A DNA stretch of 60,875 nt from a virus (lineage: Duplodnaviria; Caudoviricetes), in the IMG/VR virus record IMGVR_UViG_3300043395_000730, positions 1 to 60,875 of that record; one strand, given 5' to 3'. The notes under the pieces were generated by a model. The model searched no databases. It saw only the letters and a program-made list of their open reading frames with translations, and was not told where the DNA came from. Shown here one piece after another: positions 26,657 through 36,505 of the stretch. Made by a program: the position numbers and the translations under genes. Position 1 is the first letter of the stretch. The number at the start of each line of letters is the position of its first letter.

Positions 26657-28084
26657 ATGGCTGGTACATTACAAGCGAGTCCTGGTGTAGCAATTACACC
26701 TAGCTCAGTGAAGGCTACGTTGCCTTCAAACTACATTACAAACTTTGATTTCTTGAATCAGTATCTTCCTGATACTTACGAGCAAGAATTCGAGCGTTAT
26801 GGAAACCGATCTATCGCATCTTTCTTGCGTATGGTTGGTGCTGAACTTCCTTCAAACTCTGACTTGATTAAGTGGGCAGAGCAAGGACGTTTGCATACTA
26901 AATACACTGGATTAACATTTGGTGCTATTTCTTCTGGAACTCAAGTTTTCACATTGCCTTCTGGTAGCTGTAACTTTAGAGTAAACCAAACAGTATTCCT
27001 ATCTTCACAGCAAGTTTCAGCTGAGTCAGCAAAAGCTATCATTACTAATGTTACAACTTCTACTTTTACTGTAGCTTACTATGATAATGCTTTTAATTCT
27101 ACTTCACCTTTTAGTGGTTCAACAACAGCTGTAACAGCATTTGTTTACGGTTCTGAATTTGCTAAAGGAACAAGTGGAATGGCTGGATCATTGGAAGCTC
27201 AAGATTTATTCTTTGACGTTAAACCAATCATCATCAAAGACAACTACACTGTATCTGGTTCTGATATGGCTCAAGTTGGATGGGTTGAAGTTACTACTGA
27301 GAATGGTGCTACAGGTTATTTGTGGTACATGAAATCAGAGCATGAAACTCGTTTACGTTTCGAAGATTACCTTGAAATGGCAATGGTAGAAGGTGTTCCT
27401 GCTGAGTCTACTTCTGGTGCGGCTTCTTGGACAGGATTAATTCCTACTCCAGTTGTAGCTCCAGCAACTACTGGTTCTGCTGGTACAAAAGGATTGTTCT
27501 ACGAAATCGAAGACAGAGGAAATGTATGGGCTGGTGGTAATCCATCTGCATTGTCTGATTTTGATACTATCGTGCAACGTCTTGACAAGCAAGGAGCTAT
27601 CGCTGAGAACGTATTGTTCTTAAACCGTCAATTCTCTTTCGATATCGACGATATGTTGGCTGCACAAAACTCTTACGGAGTTGGTGGTACATCTTACGGA
27701 TTGTTCGATAACAGCGAAGATATGGCGTTAAACCTTGGATTCACTGGATTCAGAAGAGGTTATGAGTTCTACAAGACTGACTGGAAATACCTTAACGATG
27801 CTACTCTTCGTGGTGGTTTAGTTGGTGGTGCAGTTAACGGAGTTCTTGTTCCTGCTGGTACAATGAGTGTATACGATCAAGTTCTTGGTAAAAATGCTCG
27901 TCGTCCGTTCTTACACGTTCGATACAGAGCTTCTGAAACTGAGAATCGTCGTTACAAGACTTGGATGACTGGTAGTGCAGGTGGTGCAGCTACAAGCGAC
28001 CTAGATGCAATGCAAGTTAACTTCTTGTCTGAAAGAGCACTTTGTACTCTTGGAGCTAACAACTTCTTTATCTTCAAAGGATAA
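26657..28084 (+). CDS. Major capsid protein
   Basis: 475 aa after the scaffold; biased codon usage of a highly expressed gene; followed by a strong terminator. Confidence 0.8.
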   Translation: MAGTLQASPGVAITPSSVKATLPSNYITNFDFLNQYLPDTYEQEFERYGNRSIASFLRMVGAELPSNSDLIKWAEQGRLHTKYTGLTFGAISSGTQVFTLPSGSCNFRVNQTVFLSSQQVSAESAKAIITNVTTSTFTVAYYDNAFNSTSPFSGSTTAVTAFVYGSEFAKGTSGMAGSLEAQDLFFDVKPIIIKDNYTVSGSDMAQVGWVEVTTENGATGYLWYMKSEHETRLRFEDYLEMAMVEGVPAESTSGAASWTGLIPTPVVAPATTGSAGTKGLFYEIEDRGNVWAGGNPSALSDFDTIVQRLDKQGAIAENVLFLNRQFSFDIDDMLAAQNSYGVGGTSYGLFDNSEDMALNLGFTGFRRGYEFYKTDWKYLNDATLRGGLVGGAVNGVLVPAGTMSVYDQVLGKNARRPFLHVRYRASETENRRYKTWMTGSAGGAATSDLDAMQVNFLSERALCTLGANNFFIFKG

Positions 28085-28094
28085 GAATAACTAC

Positions 28095-28129
28095 AGAGAG
28101 GGGTGTTAGTGCCCCTCTCTATTTTTTTT
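28095..28129 (+). terminator. Rho-independent terminator
   Basis: AGAGAGGGG...CCCCTCTCT followed by a T-run. Confidence 0.85.
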
Positions 28130-28151
28130 GAAACAATTTAAATTATATACA

Positions 28152-28916
28152 ATGGAAACAAAAATCAAACTAGCAAAGCTAGAGTCGAAAGACAGAACTT
28201 ATTTATTAAAAAGTAATGGAGCCCCATTAACTTATTTTTTACCATCAAAAGATACTCCACGTAGGAGATTACTTCATTTTGATGAAGAAACCAACACAAA
28301 TCACCCATTAAGATACGCAAGAAACTCAAACACACCATTTCAAGAGGATCAAGATCAAAATGTAATTCTTGAGCCAGTAGTGTTTGAAGATGGTGTTTTA
28401 ATAGTTCCAAAAACAAATCCAGTACTACAATTATTCTTACATTACCATCCAGGTAATGGTACTGAGTTTTATGAATTTGACAATGAGAAAGACGCTCAAC
28501 AAGACGTTAAAGATATTAATATGGAGATCGATGCGTTGTTGCTTGCAAGAGAGCTTGACATTACAAGTTTAGAAGCAATTGCTCGATTAGTATTAGGTAA
28601 GGACGTATCTACTATGACTTCTTCTGAAATCAAAAGAGATATGTTGTTATTTGCTAAAAGATATCCATCCGACTTCTTAGACGCAGCAGACGATCCAATG
28701 TTAAAGATAAATAACATTGCATCAAGAGCTATATCTGACGGATATTTAACATTTAGAGGAGGTAAAGACATTCATTACAACTTAAAAGAAAATAAGAAGA
28801 GATTATTAAGCGTTCCATATGGTGAAAACCATATATACGTATTAGCTTCTTACTTACAATCTGAAGAGGGTATGGAACTGTATAAATTCCTTGAAGATAA
28901 AATGTCAGAAAAATAG
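28152..28916 (+). CDS. Hypothetical protein in the head/tail region
   Basis: Start moved to METKIK; about 254 aa. Confidence 0.7.
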   Translation: METKIKLAKLESKDRTYLLKSNGAPLTYFLPSKDTPRRRLLHFDEETNTNHPLRYARNSNTPFQEDQDQNVILEPVVFEDGVLIVPKTNPVLQLFLHYHPGNGTEFYEFDNEKDAQQDVKDINMEIDALLLARELDITSLEAIARLVLGKDVSTMTSSEIKRDMLLFAKRYPSDFLDAADDPMLKINNIASRAISDGYLTFRGGKDIHYNLKENKKRLLSVPYGENHIYVLASYLQSEEGMELYKFLEDKMSEK

Positions 28917-28924
28917 TATATTTG
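28917..28924 (+). promoter_or_regulatory. TAnnTTTG promoter element
   Basis: TATATTTG right after a stop codon. Confidence 0.6.
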
Positions 28925-28951
28925 TACTGTTAATATTTAAAACGTTTTAAA

Positions 28952-29272
28952 ATGAACAGAAAGTTTTTACAATTTACGATCGGAGCAGCTAACGCACTTC
29001 CAAAGGCTTTGATTTCAGCTAATGCTGAATATCTAATTACTATGCCTTCTACATCAACATTAGTGTTGACTATTTTAGGTGGTGTTGCTACTGCTGATGT
29101 TATCACCATTACATTTACTACTGCTGATGCTACTTATGCATCTCACTATGCAGTTGTTAATGCTTTGGCTAATGCTAATAGTGCATCTTCTAATCCAGAT
29201 GCTATTATTGTTCCAGCATTGCCTTTGGTTGGTGCTACACAGCAACTGATTACGTCTGTAGCTATTGCATAA
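28952..29272 (+). CDS. Small Ala/Thr-rich putative virion (decoration) protein
   Basis: Own promoter and terminator; capsid-like codon bias. Confidence 0.6.
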   Translation: MNRKFLQFTIGAANALPKALISANAEYLITMPSTSTLVLTILGGVATADVITITFTTADATYASHYAVVNALANANSASSNPDAIIVPALPLVGATQQLITSVAIA

Positions 29273-29292
29273 CAAGACGTTACTCCTACTAG

Positions 29293-29321
29293 AAAGGGCA
29301 CTCAAAAGAGTGCCTTTTTTT
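29293..29321 (+). terminator. Rho-independent terminator
   Basis: GGCACTC-AAAA-GAGTGCC followed by TTTTTTT. Confidence 0.85.
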
Positions 29322-29324
29322 ATT

Positions 29325-29332
29325 TATCTTTG
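29325..29332 (+). promoter_or_regulatory. TAnnTTTG promoter element
   Basis: TATCTTTG after the terminator, before the tail genes. Confidence 0.6.
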
Positions 29333-29337
29333 TAAAT

Positions 29338-30033
29338 ATGATAAACGAAGTTAGAAATACCGTTCTGTCTATATTAAGTAAAGACAATCGAGGATACATA
29401 ACGCCATTTGAGTTCAACCTGTATGCAAAGCAAGCACAGCTTGAGATATTTACAAACTACATGGAACAGTATTCAGATGCGTTCTTAAAGAGTATTGCTA
29501 GAGGATACGGTGAAGGATATTCAGATGTTCCTAAAAATATAGCTGAGTCACTTGACATATTTTACACGTCAGCAAACTTAACTGGAACTCTAAATGTCTT
29601 TACTGCTCCATCTGACTATTATTTCTTAGAGAAAATTGTTTACAATAACACAGAAGTAGAGAAAGTGTCACATAGGAAGATATTAAACCTATTGGCTTCT
29701 AATCTAACATCGCCTAGTGTTTCTTACCCAGTATACACATTCTCTGGTTCTGATATCACTGTATACCCTAACACAATAATATCTGGCGTAACAGCTCATT
29801 ATTTAAGACTGCCGTTAGACCCAAAGTGGACATATGTAGCTATGGCTGCTGGAGATTCAGATCCATTGTTTAATCCATCTGCTGGTGACTATCAAGATTT
29901 TGAGTTGCCAGGAGAGGAGTTTCCATTGTTGGTTGTTAAGATATTAGCGTACTGTGGTGTAAGTATAAGAGAGAATGATGTCGTACAGATAGCAAAAGCG
30001 CAAGAAATGCAAGACATTCAACAAAACCAATAA
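29338..30033 (+). CDS. Putative head-tail adaptor / tail ring protein
   Basis: ILSKDNRGYITPFEFN..AKQAQ; position after capsid genes. Confidence 0.6.
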   Translation: MINEVRNTVLSILSKDNRGYITPFEFNLYAKQAQLEIFTNYMEQYSDAFLKSIARGYGEGYSDVPKNIAESLDIFYTSANLTGTLNVFTAPSDYYFLEKIVYNNTEVEKVSHRKILNLLASNLTSPSVSYPVYTFSGSDITVYPNTIISGVTAHYLRLPLDPKWTYVAMAAGDSDPLFNPSAGDYQDFELPGEEFPLLVVKILAYCGVSIRENDVVQIAKAQEMQDIQQNQ

Positions 30034-30036
30034 CAG

Positions 30037-30945
30037 ATGGGATATATTACTAATTACCAATACTACACAAATAACGGAGTCATCCCAACAGACGTAAACT
30101 GGGGGTCTTATCAATATGTAAGCTTGGCTGATGTTGTTAACAACTTCATGCTTATGTACGTAGGTAACGATAAATTAGTCAACAATGTAGACCGATATAA
30201 CGTCTTGTTTCACGCTAAGAGAGCTGTACAAGAGCTTAATTATGACGCATTAAAAAACATAAAGGTTATAGAGCTTGAGATAGGTGATGACTTGAAGATG
30301 GTTATGCCTCCAGACTATGTTAACTATGTAAGGATATCTATGTTAAAGAACGGCATACTGTTCCCACTTGTTGAGAACAGAACGCCTATGTCTGCTACTG
30401 CTTATTTACAGGATAACAACTTAGACATCATATTTGACGTAAACGGTGAGATCGTTACAGGTACATCTAAGCTTGATATATTAAGACAAGACAAACAGTT
30501 GTATACTGGTATGGGGCCGTATCAAGGTCAGTACGGATGGTACTGGGATGGTGATTGGTATTTTGGCTACAACTTTGGTAAAAGGTTTGGCCTTGAGACT
30601 GATGAGGCTAACGTAAACCCGAAATTTTATATAAACAAGGCAGCTGGTGTTATTGATTTTTCTAGCGGTGTAGAGAATCAGTTAATTGTTTTTGAATACA
30701 TATCTGATGGTATGGAAAACGGTGATGACTCTCTTATCACAATCAACAAATTAGCTGAAGAGTATTTGTATGCTTATATCAAATGGGCATTATTAAACAA
30801 TAAGTACGGAATACAAGAGTACATTATAAATAGACTTAGAAAGGAAAAAACATCTGTCCTTAGAAACACTAAGATCAGATTAAGCAACTTACATCCATCA
30901 AGATTATTAATGCCTTTGAGAGGTAGAGATAAACAAATAAAATGA
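30037..30945 (+). CDS. Putative tail ring/tubular protein
   Basis: MPPDYVNYVRIS, FEYISDG motifs; synteny. Confidence 0.6.
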   Translation: MGYITNYQYYTNNGVIPTDVNWGSYQYVSLADVVNNFMLMYVGNDKLVNNVDRYNVLFHAKRAVQELNYDALKNIKVIELEIGDDLKMVMPPDYVNYVRISMLKNGILFPLVENRTPMSATAYLQDNNLDIIFDVNGEIVTGTSKLDILRQDKQLYTGMGPYQGQYGWYWDGDWYFGYNFGKRFGLETDEANVNPKFYINKAAGVIDFSSGVENQLIVFEYISDGMENGDDSLITINKLAEEYLYAYIKWALLNNKYGIQEYIINRLRKEKTSVLRNTKIRLSNLHPSRLLMPLRGRDKQIK

Positions 30946-33900
30946 TAAAACTAGATAAGACTTTTATTGCTGGAAAGATGAACAAGGATATAGACGAACG
31001 TCTTATCCCAGATGGAGAATACTTGGATGCGTTAAACGTAACTATAGATACTTCTCAAGGTTCTACTATTGGAGCCGTTCAGAATTCAAGAGGTAACGAT
31101 AAAATGTCTGATATAGCAGCAGTTACTGGTTTATCTGTTGTTAACGCAAGAGCTATAGGTGCTGTAGCGTATGAGGCTCAAAACCTTATATATTGGCTTG
31201 TTACTAGTGATAACTTTGATGCTATATTTGAGTACAATCAATTGACCGATGTAACAACCAAGGTACTATTAAGTACTACAGGTCAGTTGAACTTTAATAA
31301 GAACTACTGCGTTACTGGTATAAACTACATACCTGCATTTGGCGATCTAGGACCATTTTTATTTTGGTCTGATGGTCTTAATCCACCAAGGAGAATAAAT
31401 ATCGCCAGAGCGAAATCCTGGTCTGATGATGATCCTAGAATTGATCTTGATATACAAGTAATATTACGTCCTCCTTTGAACGCTCCTAAGATATATTTAA
31501 AGACTGACGGAGATCCAGAAACGACAAACAACATAGAAAGAAAGTTTTTATATTTTGCTTATCGTTACAAATATGTAGATAATCAATATAGCTCTTTATC
31601 ACCATTTTCTGGTGTAGCATTCCAAGGGGATACGTTCTTTTTTGATTTTGATACTGGGGATAATACTGGTATGAAAAACGTATTCAATAAGGTTGACTTA
31701 ACATTTGATACTGGTAATCAGTTTGTTAAAGAAATACAGGTTGTGTTTTATGATACATCTGGATTAAATACGTATGTAATAGACAATTATAACAAAGGAG
31801 AGATAGGTTTATCTGATAATGTTGTTTACACCATAGAATTTTCAAACAATAAAATATACGGACCATTAGATGTATCTCAAATAACTAGACTTTTTGATAA
31901 TGTTCCTTTGTTAGCTAAATGTCAAAACGTAATAGGGAATAGATTGGTTTATGGTAACTACACTCAGTTTAGAGACCTAAGAGATGCGTTTAATCAAGAC
32001 ATATTGATTGACTATAGTGTTGAGGTTGTTTCAGATTTAATATCTGGAACATCTGCCACAAGGACATTTAGATCTGATAGAGATTATGAGGTTGGTCTTG
32101 TTTATACAGACGAGTATGGAAGAATGACTACAGTTCTAACAACAGAAAATAATTCTGTATATATCCCATCAACGAAGTCAGATTATCAAAATTCTATTCG
32201 TGTAACATTAAACAATCAAGCACCTAGCTGGGCCACTAATTTTAGGTTTGTATTAAAACAACCTACTGGCGAATATTATAATATATTTCCAAGAACTTTT
32301 TTTATAGATGGTAATTATAGATATTTTTTAATAAACGAATCAGACAGAGATAAGATAATAGTAGGCGAATATATAATATTTAAGACTGCTAGTTTTACAG
32401 CTACTCATGTTAATACTAAGTTTAAGATACTTGAGTTAGAATATAAACAAGCTTCATTCCTTACTTCAGCTCCAGAAGGTTTGTATTTTAAAATTAAGAC
32501 AGATGGATCTTCATTTTTAAATGACGGATCTACATATACAGCATATGACGCATCTACTGGTAGAGGGCCAAAAAATACAATATCTTTCGAAACAGATACT
32601 GTAAGTCCAGTAAAAAATAAATATTCGTATGTTCTGCCTATTCCAGTTTTCTATGATGTAAGTGGAGATAATACTATACAAAGTACTTTTCCTTCATTAT
32701 TAGCAAATACAGTTACCGCAAATACTGATAGTAGAATTGCTGTGAGGATATTAAGTTCAACATCATATGAATGCACTAGAGATATAGATCTATCAACGGC
32801 TACTTGGTTGGGGCCTTTTACAATACCTTCTGCATTGTCAGATACTATACAATTTGGGACAGGAGGTACGTCTGATTATGTAGAATTAGGTATAAGATGG
32901 GATGCAGATACAGGGTATACCACTGGAGATGTTTTTATATTTAATGTTAGAGGGTATAACACTATAGGCGGTGTAAATGGATATACAGGAACAAATCTAG
33001 ATCCAGGATCAATAAAAGGTTTATATAATAATAATAATGTTATTGATATGCCTAAACCAGATTATGGTGGTGCTGCATTAGTAAATTTTGATTCACCTAT
33101 ATATCCATACGCTGAGATAACTATAAAAATAGTAAGAGATGGAGTACCAGCAAGTTCTGACAGACAAATTACAAATACGTTTACTCCTAATGGAAATTAT
33201 TACAAAAATTTAGAGGAATGGTTTTGGGCAAGTGGGGAATATATTAATTTTGATCAACTTGATCAATCAAATACTTTAATAAATAGTGCTGAATACGTTA
33301 CGTTTAGAAACGGATCAGGGTATAGTCAAAATGGATATCCAGGAGATAGTAACTATATTATTTCTGGTGGTGGTACACTTTATATGATAATAAGAGGTTT
33401 TGGAACAGGAAATTTAACAAAAAGAAACGAAATAACAGTAGAATTAACTGTAAAACAATCTCCAGGAAGACCTAAATTATCAGCTGAAACAGTACCAACT
33501 AAAACAGATAATGATATTTATTACGAGTTAAGTAAGACTTACAGAATAGAAAATGGGCTACATAAAGTGTCTTGGGTTTATTCTGATTTTACTGATGGGT
33601 CTACTGTATTTCCATCTATTCCAGAGGTAGCAGGATTAACTGTTTTAGGTCCTTTAGATCCTAACAATCCTTTATCTACTGACGCTATACATTCATTTAA
33701 TGTAGGAGAGAACATATATGTAAAAAGCGACAACCCATCAATAGGCCCAGCAGACGGATACTATAATATAGTGTACGTTACAGATTACGCTATAGTTATA
33801 GATCTACCATTCCCTGGAGCAGGTGGTCCGATTGGCGGTAAGGTATATTATAATGTAGACGAGCAAGACCAAACAACACTTATTCCGTTAGTTATAGACA

Positions 33901-34847
33901 TCAACCATCCAACATCACAGAACTCAGATTTTAATGCATTTGCGTTCGGTAATGGTGTTGAGTCAAATAGAATTTTAGATGCGTTCTTACAACCTCAAAT
34001 GCGGTACAGCCAAAGGGCTTTGACCACCATTGAGGACTACAAGCAACAAAAGAAAGAGACGTCTTTAACATATAGCGGTGTATACGTTGGAGCTACCCAG
34101 TTAAATAAGCTGAACGAGTTTAACTTATCTACAGCTAATTTTAAGAATTTAGATGTTACGTATGGTCCAATACAAAAGCTATACGCTAGAGATACCGATC
34201 TATTGGTATTACATCAAGACAAAATAACAAGCGTCCTATACGGTAAGAACTTATTGGTTGATGCTGTTGGTGGTGGCCAAGTGGCATCTGTTCCAGAAGT
34301 ACTAGGAAATCAAGTAGCCCATCCATCTGAGTATGGTATAAGTAACAACCCAGAGAGTTTTGCAAGACACTCCAACATATTGTTCTTTGCTGATGCTCGT
34401 AGAGGAGCTGTGTTACAGATGATAAATGACGAGGTTATAGAGATATCTGATAGTGGTATGAAGAACTACTTTAGAGATACGATGAAAGACAATCCAAACA
34501 CACAAAAGTTAGGATGTTTTGATCCGTTTAACAATCAGTACGTCATATCATTTAACGATCAATCTGTCAATCCTTGCGATTTATCTATAGCTCCAACGAT
34601 ATCTGTAACTAGTGCAGCTGACAAGACATTGTTTTTGTTTACCATAACATCAAACACGTCATGGACACTTTCGTCAAATCAGTCTTGGTTGACGTTACCC
34701 ATATTATCTGGTTTTGGAAATGAGGATATATACGGATCAGTCGAATTAAACGATGGAGAGATGTTTAGATCAGCTAATATTACCATTACATACTGTGGTA
34801 AACTAGAGAAAGAATTTACATTATTACAATTAGCAATACCGACATAA
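30942..34847 (+). CDS. Tail stabilization/nozzle protein (P22 gp10 or tubular-B-like) with inserted domains
   Basis: N-terminal GKMNKDIDERL..GEYLDALN; EYGISNNPESF, FFADARRGAVL; C-terminal BACON-like WTLSSNQSWLT. Confidence 0.65.
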   Translation: MIKLDKTFIAGKMNKDIDERLIPDGEYLDALNVTIDTSQGSTIGAVQNSRGNDKMSDIAAVTGLSVVNARAIGAVAYEAQNLIYWLVTSDNFDAIFEYNQLTDVTTKVLLSTTGQLNFNKNYCVTGINYIPAFGDLGPFLFWSDGLNPPRRINIARAKSWSDDDPRIDLDIQVILRPPLNAPKIYLKTDGDPETTNNIERKFLYFAYRYKYVDNQYSSLSPFSGVAFQGDTFFFDFDTGDNTGMKNVFNKVDLTFDTGNQFVKEIQVVFYDTSGLNTYVIDNYNKGEIGLSDNVVYTIEFSNNKIYGPLDVSQITRLFDNVPLLAKCQNVIGNRLVYGNYTQFRDLRDAFNQDILIDYSVEVVSDLISGTSATRTFRSDRDYEVGLVYTDEYGRMTTVLTTENNSVYIPSTKSDYQNSIRVTLNNQAPSWATNFRFVLKQPTGEYYNIFPRTFFIDGNYRYFLINESDRDKIIVGEYIIFKTASFTATHVNTKFKILELEYKQASFLTSAPEGLYFKIKTDGSSFLNDGSTYTAYDASTGRGPKNTISFETDTVSPVKNKYSYVLPIPVFYDVSGDNTIQSTFPSLLANTVTANTDSRIAVRILSSTSYECTRDIDLSTATWLGPFTIPSALSDTIQFGTGGTSDYVELGIRWDADTGYTTGDVFIFNVRGYNTIGGVNGYTGTNLDPGSIKGLYNNNNVIDMPKPDYGGAALVNFDSPIYPYAEITIKIVRDGVPASSDRQITNTFTPNGNYYKNLEEWFWASGEYINFDQLDQSNTLINSAEYVTFRNGSGYSQNGYPGDSNYIISGGGTLYMIIRGFGTGNLTKRNEITVELTVKQSPGRPKLSAETVPTKTDNDIYYELSKTYRIENGLHKVSWVYSDFTDGSTVFPSIPEVAGLTVLGPLDPNNPLSTDAIHSFNVGENIYVKSDNPSIGPADGYYNIVYVTDYAIVIDLPFPGAGGPIGGKVYYNVDEQDQTTLIPLVIDINHPTSQNSDFNAFAFGNGVESNRILDAFLQPQMRYSQRALTTIEDYKQQKKETSLTYSGVYVGATQLNKLNEFNLSTANFKNLDVTYGPIQKLYARDTDLLVLHQDKITSVLYGKNLLVDAVGGGQVASVPEVLGNQVAHPSEYGISNNPESFARHSNILFFADARRGAVLQMINDEVIEISDSGMKNYFRDTMKDNPNTQKLGCFDPFNNQYVISFNDQSVNPCDLSIAPTISVTSAADKTLFLFTITSNTSWTLSSNQSWLTLPILSGFGNEDIYGSVELNDGEMFRSANITITYCGKLEKEFTLLQLAIPT

Positions 34848-34848
34848 T

Positions 34849-35865
34849 ATGTGCAACTGCATAAAAATAACATACGTAGACGGAAAAGGAAATGTGGTAA
34901 CATTTGAAACTATTTTAATTGAAGGTGAAACTGGTAATTATTATAATTTCTCTGCACTTGGCGATGATTTCTTTATATATCAACTTAAAGAAGGATGGTC
35001 TCTTGAAAATAAAGATGGTAAGGTAATAGGAGAGATCGGAACTCTTGACTGTCCTTTAGGTCAGTTTGACTTGATTGAGAACGACTACTTTTTAAGTTTT
35101 ATTGTAGAGAAATGTGATAGTAACTACAAGACGATAACATATTCTACTGTAAGTCAAGGATGGAATTCATTCTGGTCGTTTAATCCAGATTGGATGACTG
35201 AGCTTAACAATGTGTTTTATACTATGAAGGACGGTGATCTTTGGAGACATAATACTAATCTAACTAGAAATAATTTCTACGGTGTTCAATACAACTCAAC
35301 TATAAAGACCATATTTAATGCCAGTCCTTTAGACAATAAGGTATTTAAGAATTTATCTATAAACAGTAATGAGCCTTGGACTGCATACATAGACACTAAT
35401 CTACAGACAGCTGAGACTCCATATACTTATTTTGTTGAGAAGGAAGGTTTCTGGTTTGCTTATATAAGACGTCAAGACAATACGATATCTATAAAATCAC
35501 TTTCAACTCAAGGTATTGGTGAGGTTGATACAGCTACTAGCCCTACGCCTACTACTGGAATAGTGACATTTCTAAACAATATAGATAAGACATCTATAAG
35601 TATTGGTGATAAGCTTTACAAAAATTCATCAGGTACTTTATTTTTCTTGGGTGATATAGTGTCATACTCAGATAATAGCATAGATATTGACATAACTTTT
35701 GGTGCGTTGCCATCAATTGGTGACTTTATAATAGCTGTTAAAAACTCACAGGTTGAGTCTTATGGCGTTCGTGGTGTATACATGAATGTTGAGCTTGAGA
35801 ACGATAGTACTGACGAGGTGGAATTATTTTCACTAAGTAGTACATCATTCAAAAGTTTTCAGTAA
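34849..35865 (+). CDS. Tail protein, probably the C-terminal partner of the nozzle
   Basis: GWNSFWSFNPDWM, NNFYGVQY, KVFKNL, EKEGFWF. Confidence 0.6.
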   Translation: MCNCIKITYVDGKGNVVTFETILIEGETGNYYNFSALGDDFFIYQLKEGWSLENKDGKVIGEIGTLDCPLGQFDLIENDYFLSFIVEKCDSNYKTITYSTVSQGWNSFWSFNPDWMTELNNVFYTMKDGDLWRHNTNLTRNNFYGVQYNSTIKTIFNASPLDNKVFKNLSINSNEPWTAYIDTNLQTAETPYTYFVEKEGFWFAYIRRQDNTISIKSLSTQGIGEVDTATSPTPTTGIVTFLNNIDKTSISIGDKLYKNSSGTLFFLGDIVSYSDNSIDIDITFGALPSIGDFIIAVKNSQVESYGVRGVYMNVELENDSTDEVELFSLSSTSFKSFQ

Positions 35866-35870
35866 ATTTG
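35863..35870 (+). promoter_or_regulatory. TAnnTTTG promoter element upstream of the ejection-protein genes
   Basis: TAAATTTG. Confidence 0.55.
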
Positions 35871-35887
35871 TATAAAACGTATTAGTT

Positions 35888-36505
35888 ATGATTCCTCAGT
35901 TAGCATTATACGCTCTGGGTGCTGGAGCTAACGCTGTACAAGCGTTCCAAGCTCAAAAGAATATGAGAAAGGCACAAGAAGCGGCAAACAAAGCCTATCA
36001 AGAAATGAAGGCGATAAAAGAAATAAATCCGTTCAAACAAGTTCAAGTTCCTACATTAGGTAGTCAACTAGCTCAACAATCATTGGATAGAGCCACTATG
36101 GGTGCATTAAGTACATTACAGAGTACTGGGGCTGAAGGCGCTATTGGTGGAGTTGGTAATGTATTACAGGCTGGTAATGAGCAAAGACTTGGTTTAGCAG
36201 CTCAAGCTGATGAGGCTCAATTCAAAAGAGATGCTATGCAAGCTGAGGCTGAGGCTGGTATCCAAGCTAGAGAGGCTGAGAGAAAATTCATGATTGGACA
36301 AAATGAAGCACAAAGCGCTCAGTTTAGAAGAGCTGATGCTGAAGCAAACAGAAATGCTGCTGTAATGGGTATAGCTGGATCATTTAATGATGCATTTGGT
36401 CTTATGGGTAATTATTTTAAAGAGAATCCAGGAGCAGGTTGGATGCAAATGTTTAAATCTAAACCATTTATGCCTACTGTAACGGAAAATAAAGACAAAC
36501 AATAA
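35888..36505 (+). CDS. Putative internal virion / DNA ejection protein
   Basis: A/Q/G-rich helical; first of three genes of increasing size after the tail. Confidence 0.6.
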   Translation: MIPQLALYALGAGANAVQAFQAQKNMRKAQEAANKAYQEMKAIKEINPFKQVQVPTLGSQLAQQSLDRATMGALSTLQSTGAEGAIGGVGNVLQAGNEQRLGLAAQADEAQFKRDAMQAEAEAGIQAREAERKFMIGQNEAQSAQFRRADAEANRNAAVMGIAGSFNDAFGLMGNYFKENPGAGWMQMFKSKPFMPTVTENKDKQ

